A stretch of DNA of 17,760 nt, taken from a virus (Duplodnaviria; Heunggongvirae; Uroviricota; Caudoviricetes). Of this stretch, positions 8,086-17,502 are shown in pieces. Within the stretch, counting starts at the first letter, position 1, and each line of letters opens with the position of its first letter. The translations under genes and the position numbers were made by a program. Where the stretch lies: IMG/VR virus record IMGVR_UViG_2609459861_000001. One strand, given 5' to 3'. The notes below the pieces were generated by a model. It saw only the letters and a list, made by a program, of their open reading frames with translations, was not told where the DNA came from and did no database searches.

Positions 8086-9237
8086 ATGTTTGTAAAAAAT
8101 AACTTTAATACAAATAATTTCGATGCGGAATTAGTTGAAGCGATTGGTAATAGGCTGGAAAACAACCAATTTTCGGATGCAATACTTGCAGGAACCAAAT
8201 ATCTAACAACTTTGCTGCGTGAAAAAGGGCAATGTGAAGGGGATGGGGCTCAGCTTGTTGGTACTGTTTTGGGTGGACAATCACCTAGAATCCAAATTAA
8301 TAGTCTTCAATCTGTATCAGAGCAGGACGAACAGCGCGGATTTGAAGCACTATTAAGAGGCTACTATCAGTGTATAAGAAATCCAAGGACACATGACAAT
8401 TTCCCTGATACAGAAGATTCCTGCATGAGAATATTGATCATGTTGGATACTTTTATTAAGTATTTAAAAAGAGATGTTGCTGAGTTCGATTACACAGCAA
8501 TTCTTGAAAGAATTTATGAGGTTCACTTTGTAAATAATTCTGATTATGCAGAAGCTTTAATATCACAAATTCCAGAAAAAAAACTACTAGATTTTTTCCA
8601 AAGTTTAATTTCTCGCTTTAATGAAAGGCCAACCAAGGAAATTGATTCTATATTCAAAGCAATAAACCAACGCTTTTCAGGAGAGGAAGAAAAAGCCGCA
8701 ATGCGGTTGCTAGGTGATGAGTTACGCAAGGCTAGCAATAATGTTGAGTTTGCTAATGTATTTAGAATAATTAAGCCGAGCGCATGGAGAAATCTTCCTG
8801 ATGATGTTTTAATTAGAATGGAAAATATAATCATCGAAGAGTGCAAAAAAGGATATTTGGATTTCTATTCTGATGCGACCAAAGGAGCTATAGGAACATG
8901 GGGTAATACATTTGGTAGCAAATTTAAAAGAAGAGGTGATCTTGGTGATGCTTTAATTGGATTGTTATATGATAGTTGGTATACGCAAAATTATGTTGCG
9001 AAATATTACGTTTTTTCAATCCCTTCTATCATTACTGATGATGTGAAAGTTAAGGAGTTAGCTGATGCTTTAGCTTATGCCACCATTGTAAATGGTGCTA
9101 AGCTTTTACGAACAAAATTGATTGATGCATGTAAAAATTATCCTGATAAGTTGAAAGAGCATCTTAGGGATGCTGTTCAGCAACGGATGGATAGTGATAA
9201 AAAATATGCGGAAGAATTATTAGGTCAAATAAGCTGA
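8086..9237 (+). CDS. A+T-rich cargo gene: protein with N-terminal HEPN-like domain (Rx4H motif) and uncharacterised C-terminal domain; candidate anti-phage defence
   Basis: 383 aa from ATG 8086 (GTG 8083 also in frame) with AAGGGGAG RBS. Codon usage and base composition are visibly A+T-rich compared with neighbouring phage genes. Motif CIRNPRTHD (R99...H104, nt 8377-8394) at the end of a roughly 125-aa N-terminal domain resembles the HEPN Rx4-6H signature. Own terminator downstream. Confidence 0.6.
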   Translation: MFVKNNFNTNNFDAELVEAIGNRLENNQFSDAILAGTKYLTTLLREKGQCEGDGAQLVGTVLGGQSPRIQINSLQSVSEQDEQRGFEALLRGYYQCIRNPRTHDNFPDTEDSCMRILIMLDTFIKYLKRDVAEFDYTAILERIYEVHFVNNSDYAEALISQIPEKKLLDFFQSLISRFNERPTKEIDSIFKAINQRFSGEEEKAAMRLLGDELRKASNNVEFANVFRIIKPSAWRNLPDDVLIRMENIIIEECKKGYLDFYSDATKGAIGTWGNTFGSKFKRRGDLGDALIGLLYDSWYTQNYVAKYYVFSIPSIITDDVKVKELADALAYATIVNGAKLLRTKLIDACKNYPDKLKEHLRDAVQQRMDSDKKYAEELLGQIS

Positions 9238-9246
9238 TTATTATTT

Positions 9247-9284
9247 GCACCTAATCTCACTTTCGATGTTAGGTGCATTTCTAT
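9247..9284 (+). terminator. candidate terminator after the cargo gene
   Basis: Inverted repeat GCACCTAA (9247-9254) / TTAGGTGC (9269-9276) with a 14-nt loop, followed by ATTTCTATAT. Lies between the convergent cargo gene and portal gene. Confidence 0.35.
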
Positions 9285-9288
9285 ATGC

Positions 9289-10323
9289 CTAATCTAATTC
9301 ATATGAGGTAAATTTAACCAGTTCTTCATTAAGTCCAATCCATGAGTTAATTTCAGATATTCTGTGTTGTAGCGGAATTAACTCATTCCTGACAAAAACC
9401 TTACTAGCCTTTTCAACATCCCCAAACCCGCCAACATTACTAGGCATAATCCCCATCATCTGCGGCGGTACACGGTGCGCTGCCATCATGTCATCCCGGC
9501 TCACGTTCTTGATGTTAAGAAACTCATCTTTTGCAGCCACCTCTGACAGCGGGATGATCTGAATCCCGTCTTTCTTTCCGTTGGGTGAGTACATAAACAA
9601 GTTGCGGAAGTTGCCCGGCCCTTTGGCGCTTTTCATCGCATTGCGGAGGTTGTTCACATCCTCCTGGTTCTGCGCGGCATCGGTCATGTACATGATGAAG
9701 CCTGCATGACTACCGTTAATGTAATATTTGCGGCGGAACAGCGTGGCGGACTCGTTGAGCAAAGCGGATGGGATGGCAGAAAGATAGCCGGGCAGGCCGT
9801 AGATCTCCTGATTAATATCTGGTTCCATCAGATGAAAAATGCTGCCTTTCGTGAACTGATATGGCTGGGTTGTCATACCGTATTGCACAAACCAGTAGGT
9901 ATCCAGGTCTAACCCGCGTCGGGTATATTTTGCCAGGGCAGGCTCAAGGGCGATAACTTCACCGAAGCGGTTCGTGCGTTTCTCCAGGTAGGCGTTACCA
10001 AATACCAGGTAGTCCTGCACAAAACGTGAAAAAGCCTGCTGGCTGAGCAGCGGGTGAGGGATATAGGTACTGGTCAGAATGTTGCACTTTACTGCAATCG
10101 GGGAACTGTGATGCACGGCAGCGCGGAAGGTGCGCGCCAGTCCGTCAAAGCTGACGGGCGGCTCATACCAACGGTCCATCTGTACGCATTCCACATAATC
10201 CAGCAGTTCTCGGCGGTCCAGAACAGGAACGGGATCGCCGAAGCTGAATGCTTCGGCTGTAGTTTGACTTTTAAGCTGGATCTGTTTCGTCGCCGCAGCG
10301 CGGTTCTTCTTACTCTTTCCCAT
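9289..10323 (-). CDS. portal protein (P2 gpQ-like)
   Basis: 344 aa from ATG 10321-10323, same length as P2 gpQ. Its start overlaps the terminase stop (ATGA), indicating translational coupling. Position and size match P2/186. Confidence 0.8.
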   Translation of the reverse strand: MGKSKKNRAAATKQIQLKSQTTAEAFSFGDPVPVLDRRELLDYVECVQMDRWYEPPVSFDGLARTFRAAVHHSSPIAVKCNILTSTYIPHPLLSQQAFSRFVQDYLVFGNAYLEKRTNRFGEVIALEPALAKYTRRGLDLDTYWFVQYGMTTQPYQFTKGSIFHLMEPDINQEIYGLPGYLSAIPSALLNESATLFRRKYYINGSHAGFIMYMTDAAQNQEDVNNLRNAMKSAKGPGNFRNLFMYSPNGKKDGIQIIPLSEVAAKDEFLNIKNVSRDDMMAAHRVPPQMMGIMPSNVGGFGDVEKASKVFVRNELIPLQHRISEINSWIGLNEELVKFTSYELD

Positions 10324-12089
10324 CAAAAAATCTCCACAATATTGCTGGTATTGGCGGATTCGCCCTGCAGCGGTTCGTTAAACAGTGCGTGCATTGTTGC
10401 CCAGGCCAGATCGGCATGGCTGGCTTCTTCGCTGCGGCTGGCTTCATAGGTTGGGCGGTTGCCGCTGGCGGTGGTGGCGCGACGGATTGCCATAAATGAC
10501 TGCGCTATGTCGGTGTGTCCGGCGTCAAACTCCAGACGACGGTGACTGATAATGTCGTAGGCCTTGAGTACCAGGGCGTTTTTAACGTTGGGGTTGTAGA
10601 CAAACTCCCGGACGGCTGGAAAAAACGCTTTCACGTTCTCGTAAACCCCGTGGCCGACACCTGTCGAGTCGATGCCGATGTAGGTCACGTTGTACTGTTC
10701 GGTCAGTTTTTTGATGGCGTCAGCCTGGGCGCGAAAGTCCATTCCGCGCCACTGGTGACGCTCAAGAATGCGGAACTTGCCGCCCGGCACGGCTGGCGGT
10801 GCCACCACCACGCATCCGGCGCTGTCGCCATTCTGCGTACCTTTCGCCGGGTCATAACCGATCCATACTTCGCGCCAGCCAAACGGGCGCAGGGCCAGTG
10901 CATGAAAGTCAGTCCAGACTTCCCAGCTGTCTACCATGCACGCCTGCAGCTCGCTGAGCGGGAACACGGACGCGAGATCGTCCACAAACTCGCACATCAG
11001 CAGGTTCTGGTATTCGTCCGGGCTGTACTCCATGCGCAACTGGTCAAGGTCGAACAGGTTACAGCCGCCGCGCACCGCATCTTCCACGGTGACTATCTGG
11101 CGGTATTGCCCGTCTGCGCACAGCAGGCCGGGGGCCAGATTGCTGTGGGACAGGTCGATGTCCACCTTATCGGCTTTGTTGCGCCCACGGTTGAACAGCG
11201 CACCGGACCAGAACGGATAAGCACTGTGTGTCAGGCTGGATGGCGTGGAAAAATAGGTTTGTCGCCATTTTTTGTGAATAGCCATACCGGAAGCCACTTT
11301 GCGCAGCTCCTGGAATTTCGGTATCCAGAAATATTCATCCAGATACAGGTTGCCGTGGTAACTCTGGGCCGTGCGGGCATTGGTGCCGAGGAAGTAAAGC
11401 GTGGCCCCGTTGGGAAGCACCATCGGATCGCCTTTCAGCTCCACCTCCACTTCTTTGGCGAAGTCGATGATGTACTGCTTAAAGACGTGGGCCTGTGCCT
11501 TACTGGCAGAAAGGAAAATCTGGTTACGTCCGGTAAGCAGGGCGTCAATCAGGGCTTCACGGGCAAAATAGAAGGTCGCGCCGATCTGGCGTGACTTCAG
11601 CAGGTTGCGGATGCGGTTGGTTTTTCCGGCTTCCCACCAGTGGCGCTGGTAGTTGAACATGGAGGAATGGAAAATTTCTTCCAGCTTCTCAATCTGTTCA
11701 TCGGTGAAAACATTCTTTTCAGGCTGACGGCGTGGGCCTTTGTTGCGGTTGGCGACGTTAGGGTTTAAGTCAGCTTCGTTGCCGCCATTGTTAAACTTGC
11801 CGATCCGCGCGTGGCGCTCCGACTGGCGCGCCAGCAGGTCAATCTCTTTGAAATCTTTCCCTTCTTTGTGCTCCTTCATGATGAGCTGGCAGTAGCGTGC
11901 GGCGGTGGTGAGCTGCATCTGATCCAGCGGCCCATAGTCACCCCACTTGTCGCGTTTTTTCCAGCTGTGAACGGTTGCAACTTTCTCGCCCAGCATTTCA
12001 GCAATGCGGGCTACGCGGTATCCCTGAAAGTACAGCAGCATGGCCTGCCGACGGGGATCGAGATCTGCGGGTGTCAGTGTGGTGTTCAT
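10323..12089 (-). CDS. terminase large (ATPase) subunit (P2 gpP-like)
   Basis: 588 aa, matching P2 gpP in size and in its position upstream of the portal gene on the same strand. Confidence 0.8.
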   Translation of the reverse strand: MNTTLTPADLDPRRQAMLLYFQGYRVARIAEMLGEKVATVHSWKKRDKWGDYGPLDQMQLTTAARYCQLIMKEHKEGKDFKEIDLLARQSERHARIGKFNNGGNEADLNPNVANRNKGPRRQPEKNVFTDEQIEKLEEIFHSSMFNYQRHWWEAGKTNRIRNLLKSRQIGATFYFAREALIDALLTGRNQIFLSASKAQAHVFKQYIIDFAKEVEVELKGDPMVLPNGATLYFLGTNARTAQSYHGNLYLDEYFWIPKFQELRKVASGMAIHKKWRQTYFSTPSSLTHSAYPFWSGALFNRGRNKADKVDIDLSHSNLAPGLLCADGQYRQIVTVEDAVRGGCNLFDLDQLRMEYSPDEYQNLLMCEFVDDLASVFPLSELQACMVDSWEVWTDFHALALRPFGWREVWIGYDPAKGTQNGDSAGCVVVAPPAVPGGKFRILERHQWRGMDFRAQADAIKKLTEQYNVTYIGIDSTGVGHGVYENVKAFFPAVREFVYNPNVKNALVLKAYDIISHRRLEFDAGHTDIAQSFMAIRRATTASGNRPTYEASRSEEASHADLAWATMHALFNEPLQGESANTSNIVEIF

Positions 12090-12135
12090 GGCACAAACCT
12101 ACAACCTTGAATGAAGGCTTTCCCCGCCTGCGGTT

Positions 12136-12153
12136 TGTGTGGTTGTCGGTACA
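12136..12153. promoter_or_regulatory. candidate Ogr/Delta-dependent late promoter element (TGT-N12-ACA)
   Basis: TGTGTGGTTGTCGGTACA fits TGT-N12-ACA. Its centre is about 55-60 bp upstream of a plausible rightward start site preceding the ORF at 12232. Confidence 0.4.
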
Positions 12154-12231
12154 AATACCGCGCATTGTTTCACTGCCCCCATCACCGCAACCATAAGGCT
12201 CCAGTAAGTTTTTTCTAACGGAGCACGGCTC

Positions 12232-13017
12232 ATGACAGTGAAAGCAAAGCGTTTTCGCATCGGGGTGGAAGGTGCCACCACCGACGGACGCGAAATCCAG
12301 CGTGAATGGTTTACTGATCTGCTGACGCCCGTTAAGTCGACCTCTGCCGAACTGCAGAGCGCAGCGGCCATGGGGCGACGATTCGGGGAGGCACTGGCAG
12401 AAGGGCTGAATATGGTCATGCATCCGCTGGACTCCCTGAAATCCGGCGTTTCCTGGTTGCTGGAGAAACTCGGCATTGTCAGTAAAGAGGCTGCAAAGGC
12501 GAAACTGCCGGAAAGCGTGACGCGTCAGCAACCTGCGACGGTGAAGGCAGACGGTAAAGTGATGATGCCATCGGGTGATTTTCCGTCATGGGGATATGGC
12601 TTTGCGGGGATGTATGACAGCGGCGGCTATATCCCGCGCGGGCAGTTTGGCATCGTCGGTGAAAACGGGCCGGAAATTGTTAACGGCCCGGCAAACGTGA
12701 CCAGCCGGAGAAATACAGCTGCACTGGCTGCCGTTGTCGCCGGAATGATGGGTGTTGCTGCCGCGCCAGCAGAGCTTCCACCGTTGCATCCTTTGGCGCT
12801 TCCCGCAAAAGGCGGTGAAGCGATGGTGAGTCGTGCAGCTACTGTGCCGCCCATTTACCGGATTGAAGCACCGACGCAGATCATCATCCAGACACAGCCA
12901 GGACAAAGTGCGCAGGATATTGCGCGGGAGGTGGCCCGCCAGCTTGATGAACGTGAACGCAGGCTGAAGGCAAAAGCCAGGAGTAACTACAGCGATCAGG
13001 GGGGATACGACGCATGA
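12232..13017 (+). CDS. probable deletion-fusion ORF: capsid scaffold gpO-like N-terminus joined to tail tape-measure-like (gpT) C-terminus
   Basis: N-terminus KRFRIGVEGATTDGREI resembles P2 gpO (KFFRIGVEGDTCDGRVI). The rest (GMYDSGGYIPRGQFGIVGENGPEIV) resembles C-terminal motifs of tape-measure proteins, and the ORF is followed directly by gpU and gpD as T is in P2. Confidence 0.5.
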   Translation: MTVKAKRFRIGVEGATTDGREIQREWFTDLLTPVKSTSAELQSAAAMGRRFGEALAEGLNMVMHPLDSLKSGVSWLLEKLGIVSKEAAKAKLPESVTRQQPATVKADGKVMMPSGDFPSWGYGFAGMYDSGGYIPRGQFGIVGENGPEIVNGPANVTSRRNTAALAAVVAGMMGVAAAPAELPPLHPLALPAKGGEAMVSRAATVPPIYRIEAPTQIIIQTQPGQSAQDIAREVARQLDERERRLKAKARSNYSDQGGYDA

Positions 13018-13499
13018 TGATGGTGCTGGGATTGTACGTGTTTATGCTGCGCACCGTGCCATATCAGGAGCTGCAGTATCAACGCAGCTGGCGACATGCG
13101 GCAAACAGCCGGGTAAACCGATGTCCGTCCACGCAGTTTCTGGGACCGGACAACGACATGCTGACGCTTTCCGGTGTTCTTATGCCGGAGATAACAGGTG
13201 GCAGGCTGTCGTTGCTGGCACTGGAGCAGATGGCAGAACAGGGGAAAGCATGGCCCCTGATTGAAGGCAGTGGCACGATTTATGGCATGTATGTGATTGA
13301 GGGACTGAATCAGACTAAAACGGAGTTTTTCCGCGACGGTATGCCGCGCCGGATTGAGTTCACCCTGTCGCTCAAACGGGTGGATGAATCCCTGTCCGAT
13401 ATATTCGGTGATCTCAGTGCGCAACTGAATAATCTGCAGGACACAGCAACGTCTGCCTTAAGCGATATCAGTAAAACGGTGGGAGGGCTGCTGTCATGA
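13014..13499 (+). CDS. tail protein gpU-like
   Basis: 161 aa, MMMVLGLYVFMLRTVP... resembles P2 gpU in sequence and size. ATGATGATG start overlaps the upstream stop. Confidence 0.8.
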   Translation: MMMVLGLYVFMLRTVPYQELQYQRSWRHAANSRVNRCPSTQFLGPDNDMLTLSGVLMPEITGGRLSLLALEQMAEQGKAWPLIEGSGTIYGMYVIEGLNQTKTEFFRDGMPRRIEFTLSLKRVDESLSDIFGDLSAQLNNLQDTATSALSDISKTVGGLLS

Positions 13500-14596
13500 A
13501 TTTCAGCTCTGAACTGCTTAACAAAGGCAACAAAACTCCCGCATTCAGCATCAGTATTGAGGGCAGGGATATCACCACTGTGCTGGATAACCGCCTGATG
13601 AGTTTGACGCTGACGGACAATCGGGGCTTTGAAGCGGACCAGCTTGATCTGGAGCTGGACGACGCCGACGGAAAAATCGTGCTGCCGCGCCGTGGTGCGG
13701 TCATTACGCTGGCGCTGGGCTGGAAGGGGCAGCCGCTTTTCCCGAAAGGGGCATTCACGGTGGACGAGATTGAACACACTGGCGCACCGGACCGCCTGAC
13801 TATCCGGGCGCGAAGTGCTGATTTTCGTGAAACACTGAATACCCGTCGTGAAAAGTCGTGGCACAAGACCACCGTTGGGGAAGTGGTGAAGGAAATAGCT
13901 GCGCGGCACAAACTGAAGATGGCATTGGGTAAAGACCTGTCAGATAAACCCGTGGAACATATAGATCAGACCAATGAGAGTGACGGCAGTTTTCTGATGC
14001 GGCTGGCGCGCCAGTACGGTGCTATTGCGTCGGTGAAAAATGGCAATCTGTTATTCATCCGACAGGGGCAGGGTAAAAGCGCCAGTGGTAAACCACTACC
14101 GGTTATCACTATCACACGTAAGGACGGCGACAGTCACCGCTTTACCCTGGCAGATCGCGGAGCTTACACGGGCGTAATTGCCAGCTGGTTGCATACCCGC
14201 GAACCCGCGAAGAAAGAAAGCACCGCGGTGAAGCGTAAGCGCAGGACTAAGAAGCAGAAGAAAGAGCCGGAAACGAAGCAGGGCGATTATCTGGTGGGTA
14301 CGGATGAAAACGTGCTGGTACTTAATCGCACCTATGCTAATCGGAGTAACGCCGAACGGGCAGCGAAAATGCAGTGGGAACGCCTGCAACGCGGCGTTGC
14401 GTCATTCTCGCTACAACTGGCGGAAGGGCGGGCAGATCTCTACACGGAAATGCCAGTGAAAGTCAGTGGCTTTAAACAGCCGATAGATGATGCGGAATGG
14501 ACCATTACGACTCTGACGCATACCGTCAGCCCCGATAACGGTTTTACAACCAGTCTGGAGCTTGAAGTGAGGATTGATGATTTCGAAATGGAATGA
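13496..14596 (+). CDS. tail protein gpD-like
   Basis: 366 aa immediately after gpU with ATGA overlap. Order U-D-ogr matches P2. Confidence 0.8.
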   Translation: MNFSSELLNKGNKTPAFSISIEGRDITTVLDNRLMSLTLTDNRGFEADQLDLELDDADGKIVLPRRGAVITLALGWKGQPLFPKGAFTVDEIEHTGAPDRLTIRARSADFRETLNTRREKSWHKTTVGEVVKEIAARHKLKMALGKDLSDKPVEHIDQTNESDGSFLMRLARQYGAIASVKNGNLLFIRQGQGKSASGKPLPVITITRKDGDSHRFTLADRGAYTGVIASWLHTREPAKKESTAVKRKRRTKKQKKEPETKQGDYLVGTDENVLVLNRTYANRSNAERAAKMQWERLQRGVASFSLQLAEGRADLYTEMPVKVSGFKQPIDDAEWTITTLTHTVSPDNGFTTSLELEVRIDDFEME

Positions 14597-14686
14597 TTCT
14601 TCGCAATGGAGAACTTTTAAGTTTGCAAAATGGAATAATGCGGTATCATTATTGTGAATTTAGCAAAAATGGGGAGAACTCGAAAA

Positions 14687-14905
14687 ATGATGATTTGCCC
14701 ACTGTGTGGAAGTGCCGCCCATACTCGCAGCAGTTTTCAGGTATCTTCATTGACCAAAGAGCGTTACAACCAGTGCCAGAACATTAACTGCAGCCATACT
14801 TTTGTTACCCATGAAACTTTTGTTCGTTCGATTGCAACGCCAAAAGAGTCAAATCCGGTTCAGCCACATCCAATGAAATCAGGACAGGTGGCGCTCTCTC
14901 TTTGA
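14687..14905 (+). CDS. ogr: Ogr/Delta-family zinc-finger late-gene transcription activator
   Basis: 72 aa from ATG 14687 (MMICPLCGSAAHTRSSF...KERYNQCQNINCSHTF, compare P2 Ogr MFHCPLCQHAAHARTS...KERYHQCQNVNCSATF). GGGGAGA RBS. The track ORF starts at an upstream GTG. Confidence 0.8.
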   Translation: MMICPLCGSAAHTRSSFQVSSLTKERYNQCQNINCSHTFVTHETFVRSIATPKESNPVQPHPMKSGQVALSL

Positions 14906-15140
14906 CGCTGCCGCCATTTTGTCGCCATCGTTAAAAAACAGTGTTTCTAACATCATGATTTTAAACAGCTTAAATTTCAGGCAACAAAAAACCCATCAAC
15001 CTTGAACCGAAATGGCGGGGGTGATGGGCTCCACAAAATGGGGACATCAAAGAAAAGCAGTGGCACTAATTAAGACTGATGCCCTGCGGAAAAGTTCTGC
15101 GGTTGTGCAAAAAAATTTCATTTTCAGGGCAACTTCAGTT

Positions 15141-16826
15141 TTATCCTAATCCTGGCCATACCATGACGATGATTGTCCCTGCCAGCGTCAGCAGGACGTT
15201 GGCGATTGCATAGGTGCCCGCATAGCCCAGCGCCGGGATGTTACTGCGAGCTGTATCACTGATGATCTCCATTGCCGGCGCGCAGGTACGTGCGCCCATC
15301 ATTGCGCCGAACAACAGCGCGCGGTTCATTCGCAATACATAAGCACCGAACAAGAAACAGATAACCACGGGCACCAGACTGACAATCAATCCGGCAATCA
15401 ACATCTGACCGCCAATCGCGCCCAGGCCGTTATTAATACCGCTACCGGCGCTCAGACCAACGCCTGCCATAAACACCATCAAGCCGAACTCTTTCACCAT
15501 GCTTAATGCACCCTGCGGAATGTAACCGAAGGTCGGGTGGTTAGCACGCATAAAGCCCAGCATAATTCCGGCGAATAACAACCCGGCAGCGTTCCCCATG
15601 CCGAAACTGAATGTGCTGAACTGGAAGGTGATCATCCCGATCATCAGCCCAATAACAAAGAAGGCGCAGAATGCCAGCAGGTCAGTGACCTGGCTGTGAA
15701 TCGAGATAAAGCCGATGCGATCGGCGATGGTTTTTACGCGGCGGGCATCGCCGCTGACTTGTAAAACGTCACCTTTGTTAAGCACGACGTTGTCATCTAT
15801 CGGCATCTCAATCTGGCTACGAATGACGCGGTTAAGGAAGCAACCGTGATCGGTCAACTTCAGTTGTGCGAGACGTTTACCTACAGCGTTATGGTTTTTA
15901 ACGACCACTTCTTCAGTGACGATACGCATGTCGAGAAGGTCACGATCGAAAACTTCTTTACCGTTACGGAAGCTGGGATCGAGTCGGGCATGGGCGTCGG
16001 GATAGCCTACCAACGCTATTTCATCGCCCATTTGTAGCACGGCATCACCGTCTGGATTTGCCAGAATCCCGTTACGTCGAATACGTTCAATGTAGCAGCC
16101 GGTTTGTCGATAAATACCCAGTTCACGCAGATTTTTGCCGTCGGTCCAGGCCACCAGTTCCGGGCCGACGCGATAGGCGCGGATCACCGGTAAATAAACC
16201 TTACGGTTGGCATCAGTGTCCAGGCCACGTTCGCGGGCGATTTGCTGGGCGCTGGTCTGTAAGTCCTGATGCTGCAATTTCGGCAAGTAACGCGCACCAA
16301 CAATCAAACTCACCAGACCGATTAAATAGGTTAAGGCATACCCGAGGCTCAGATTATCCAGTGCCAGTGAGAGCTGCCTGCTTTCCATGCCGGAATGACG
16401 CAGTGTATCGCCAGCACCGACCAGAACCGGTGTCGACGTCATAGAGCCTGCTAACATACCGGCCGTCAGGCCAATATCCCAGCCAAACAGCTTACCTAAC
16501 CCTAAGGCGATCACCAGCGCACTGCCAACCATCACCAGTGCTAACATTAGGTAATTTTTCCCATCGCGAAAAAAAATGGAAAAAAAGTTCGGTCCGGCTT
16601 CGACCCCGACGCAGAAAATAAACAGCATAAAGCCAAGATTAAGCGCATCGGTGTTAATGCTGAAATGTTGTTGGCCTAATAACAGCGATACGACTAAAAC
16701 GCCAATGGAATTACCCAGTTGGATCGAACCAAGTCGTAACTTTCCGAGACATAGCCCAAGCGCGAGGACCACAAATAATAACAGAATGTAATTCCCATTT
16801 AACAATTCGGCGACGTTTATATTCAC
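15141..16826 (-). CDS. ybjL: putative transport protein YbjL (AAE-family membrane transporter)
   Basis: 561 aa, multi-pass membrane protein. Sequence and neighbourhood (ybjM, grxA) match the E. coli K-12 ybjL locus as I recall it. Confidence 0.85.
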
Positions 16827-17095
16827 GGAGGCTAACTTCTTGTTTACTAGTAAGCTGTTGAAAGAAATGGTAATTTACGATAATGTTTTTTACCAGAATT
16901 CAGGGCGCAGATTCATTCAGCGCACCTAAACGATAGTAAAGTAACAATATATTTTACTAGTGTAATCACATTAGGTATCAACGGCTATATGAATTGCGTT
17001 GGCCTATATTAGCATGGAATGCGAAGCGGCTTTATCTTACTGAACGCCACACTGGCGAAAAATGTGTTCGATAGACGCAGTGTCAGGAGGAACGA

Positions 17096-17473
17096 GTGAA
17101 ACATAAACAACGTTGGGCGGGGGCAATCTGCTGTTTTGTCCTCTTCATTGTGGTGTGCCTTTTTCTGGCGACGCACATGAAAGGCGCTTTTCGGGCTGCC
17201 GGGCATCCTGAAATCGGCTTGCTATTTTTCATTCTTCCTGGAGCAGTCGCCAGCTTCTTTTCACAGCGTAGAGAAGTCCTGAAACCTCTGTTTGGCGCAA
17301 TGCTGGCGGCACCCTGTTCGATGCTCATTATGCGGCTGTTTTTTTCACCGACGCGCTCATTCTGGCAAGAGCTGGCATGGTTACTAAGCGCGGTGTTCTG
17401 GTGTGCGCTGGGGGCACTGTGTTTCTTATTTATCAGTAGTTTGTTTAAACCACAGCACAGAAAAAATCAGTAA
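17096..17473 (+). CDS. ybjM: inner membrane protein YbjM
   Basis: 125 aa from GTG 17096 with AGGAGGA upstream. Hydrophobic small membrane protein lying between ybjL and grxA as in E. coli. Confidence 0.75.
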   Translation: MKHKQRWAGAICCFVLFIVVCLFLATHMKGAFRAAGHPEIGLLFFILPGAVASFFSQRREVLKPLFGAMLAAPCSMLIMRLFFSPTRSFWQELAWLLSAVFWCALGALCFLFISSLFKPQHRKNQ

Positions 17474-17493
17474 AGCCCTCAACGCGAGGGCTT
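17473..17493 (-). terminator. hairpin between convergent ybjM and grxA (possible grxA terminator)
   Basis: AAGCCCTC/GAGGGCTT 8-bp stem with a 5-nt loop. On the minus strand it is followed within a few nt by a T-run (complement of AAAAAA at 17461-17466). Confidence 0.4.
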
Positions 17494-17502
17494 GTCAGAC
17501 GA

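Larger units (their letters stand above)
1..14905. mobile_element. 186/P2-family prophage, defective deletion derivative; left end beyond window start, right end (attR) somewhere in 14906-15140
   Basis: Contiguous phage gene order int, cI, apl, cII, fil, gpA, DinI/Tum-like, portal, terminase, gpU, gpD, ogr, with host genes ybjL/ybjM/grxA starting at 15141. Boundaries are approximate; no att repeat could be identified because the left junction is outside the window. Confidence 0.8.

Noticed and set aside
10515-11594. 359-aa plus-strand ORF opposite the terminase gene
   Set aside because: Antisense to the terminase large-subunit gene and an unremarkable G+C-rich shadow frame with no ribosome-binding site.
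13310-13911. Minus-strand ORFs of 199 and 147 aa overlapping gpU and gpD
   Set aside because: Antisense to tail genes that are translationally coupled (ATGA overlaps), with no independent support.
14993-15028. Imperfect inverted repeat CCCATCA ... TGATGGG in the ogr-ybjL interval
   Set aside because: Only 7 bp with a 22-nt loop; it could belong to the attachment-site arm but cannot be assigned without the left junction.
15846-16444. Plus-strand ORFs of 63 and 128 aa within ybjL
   Set aside because: Antisense to a conserved host membrane-transporter gene, with no start signals.
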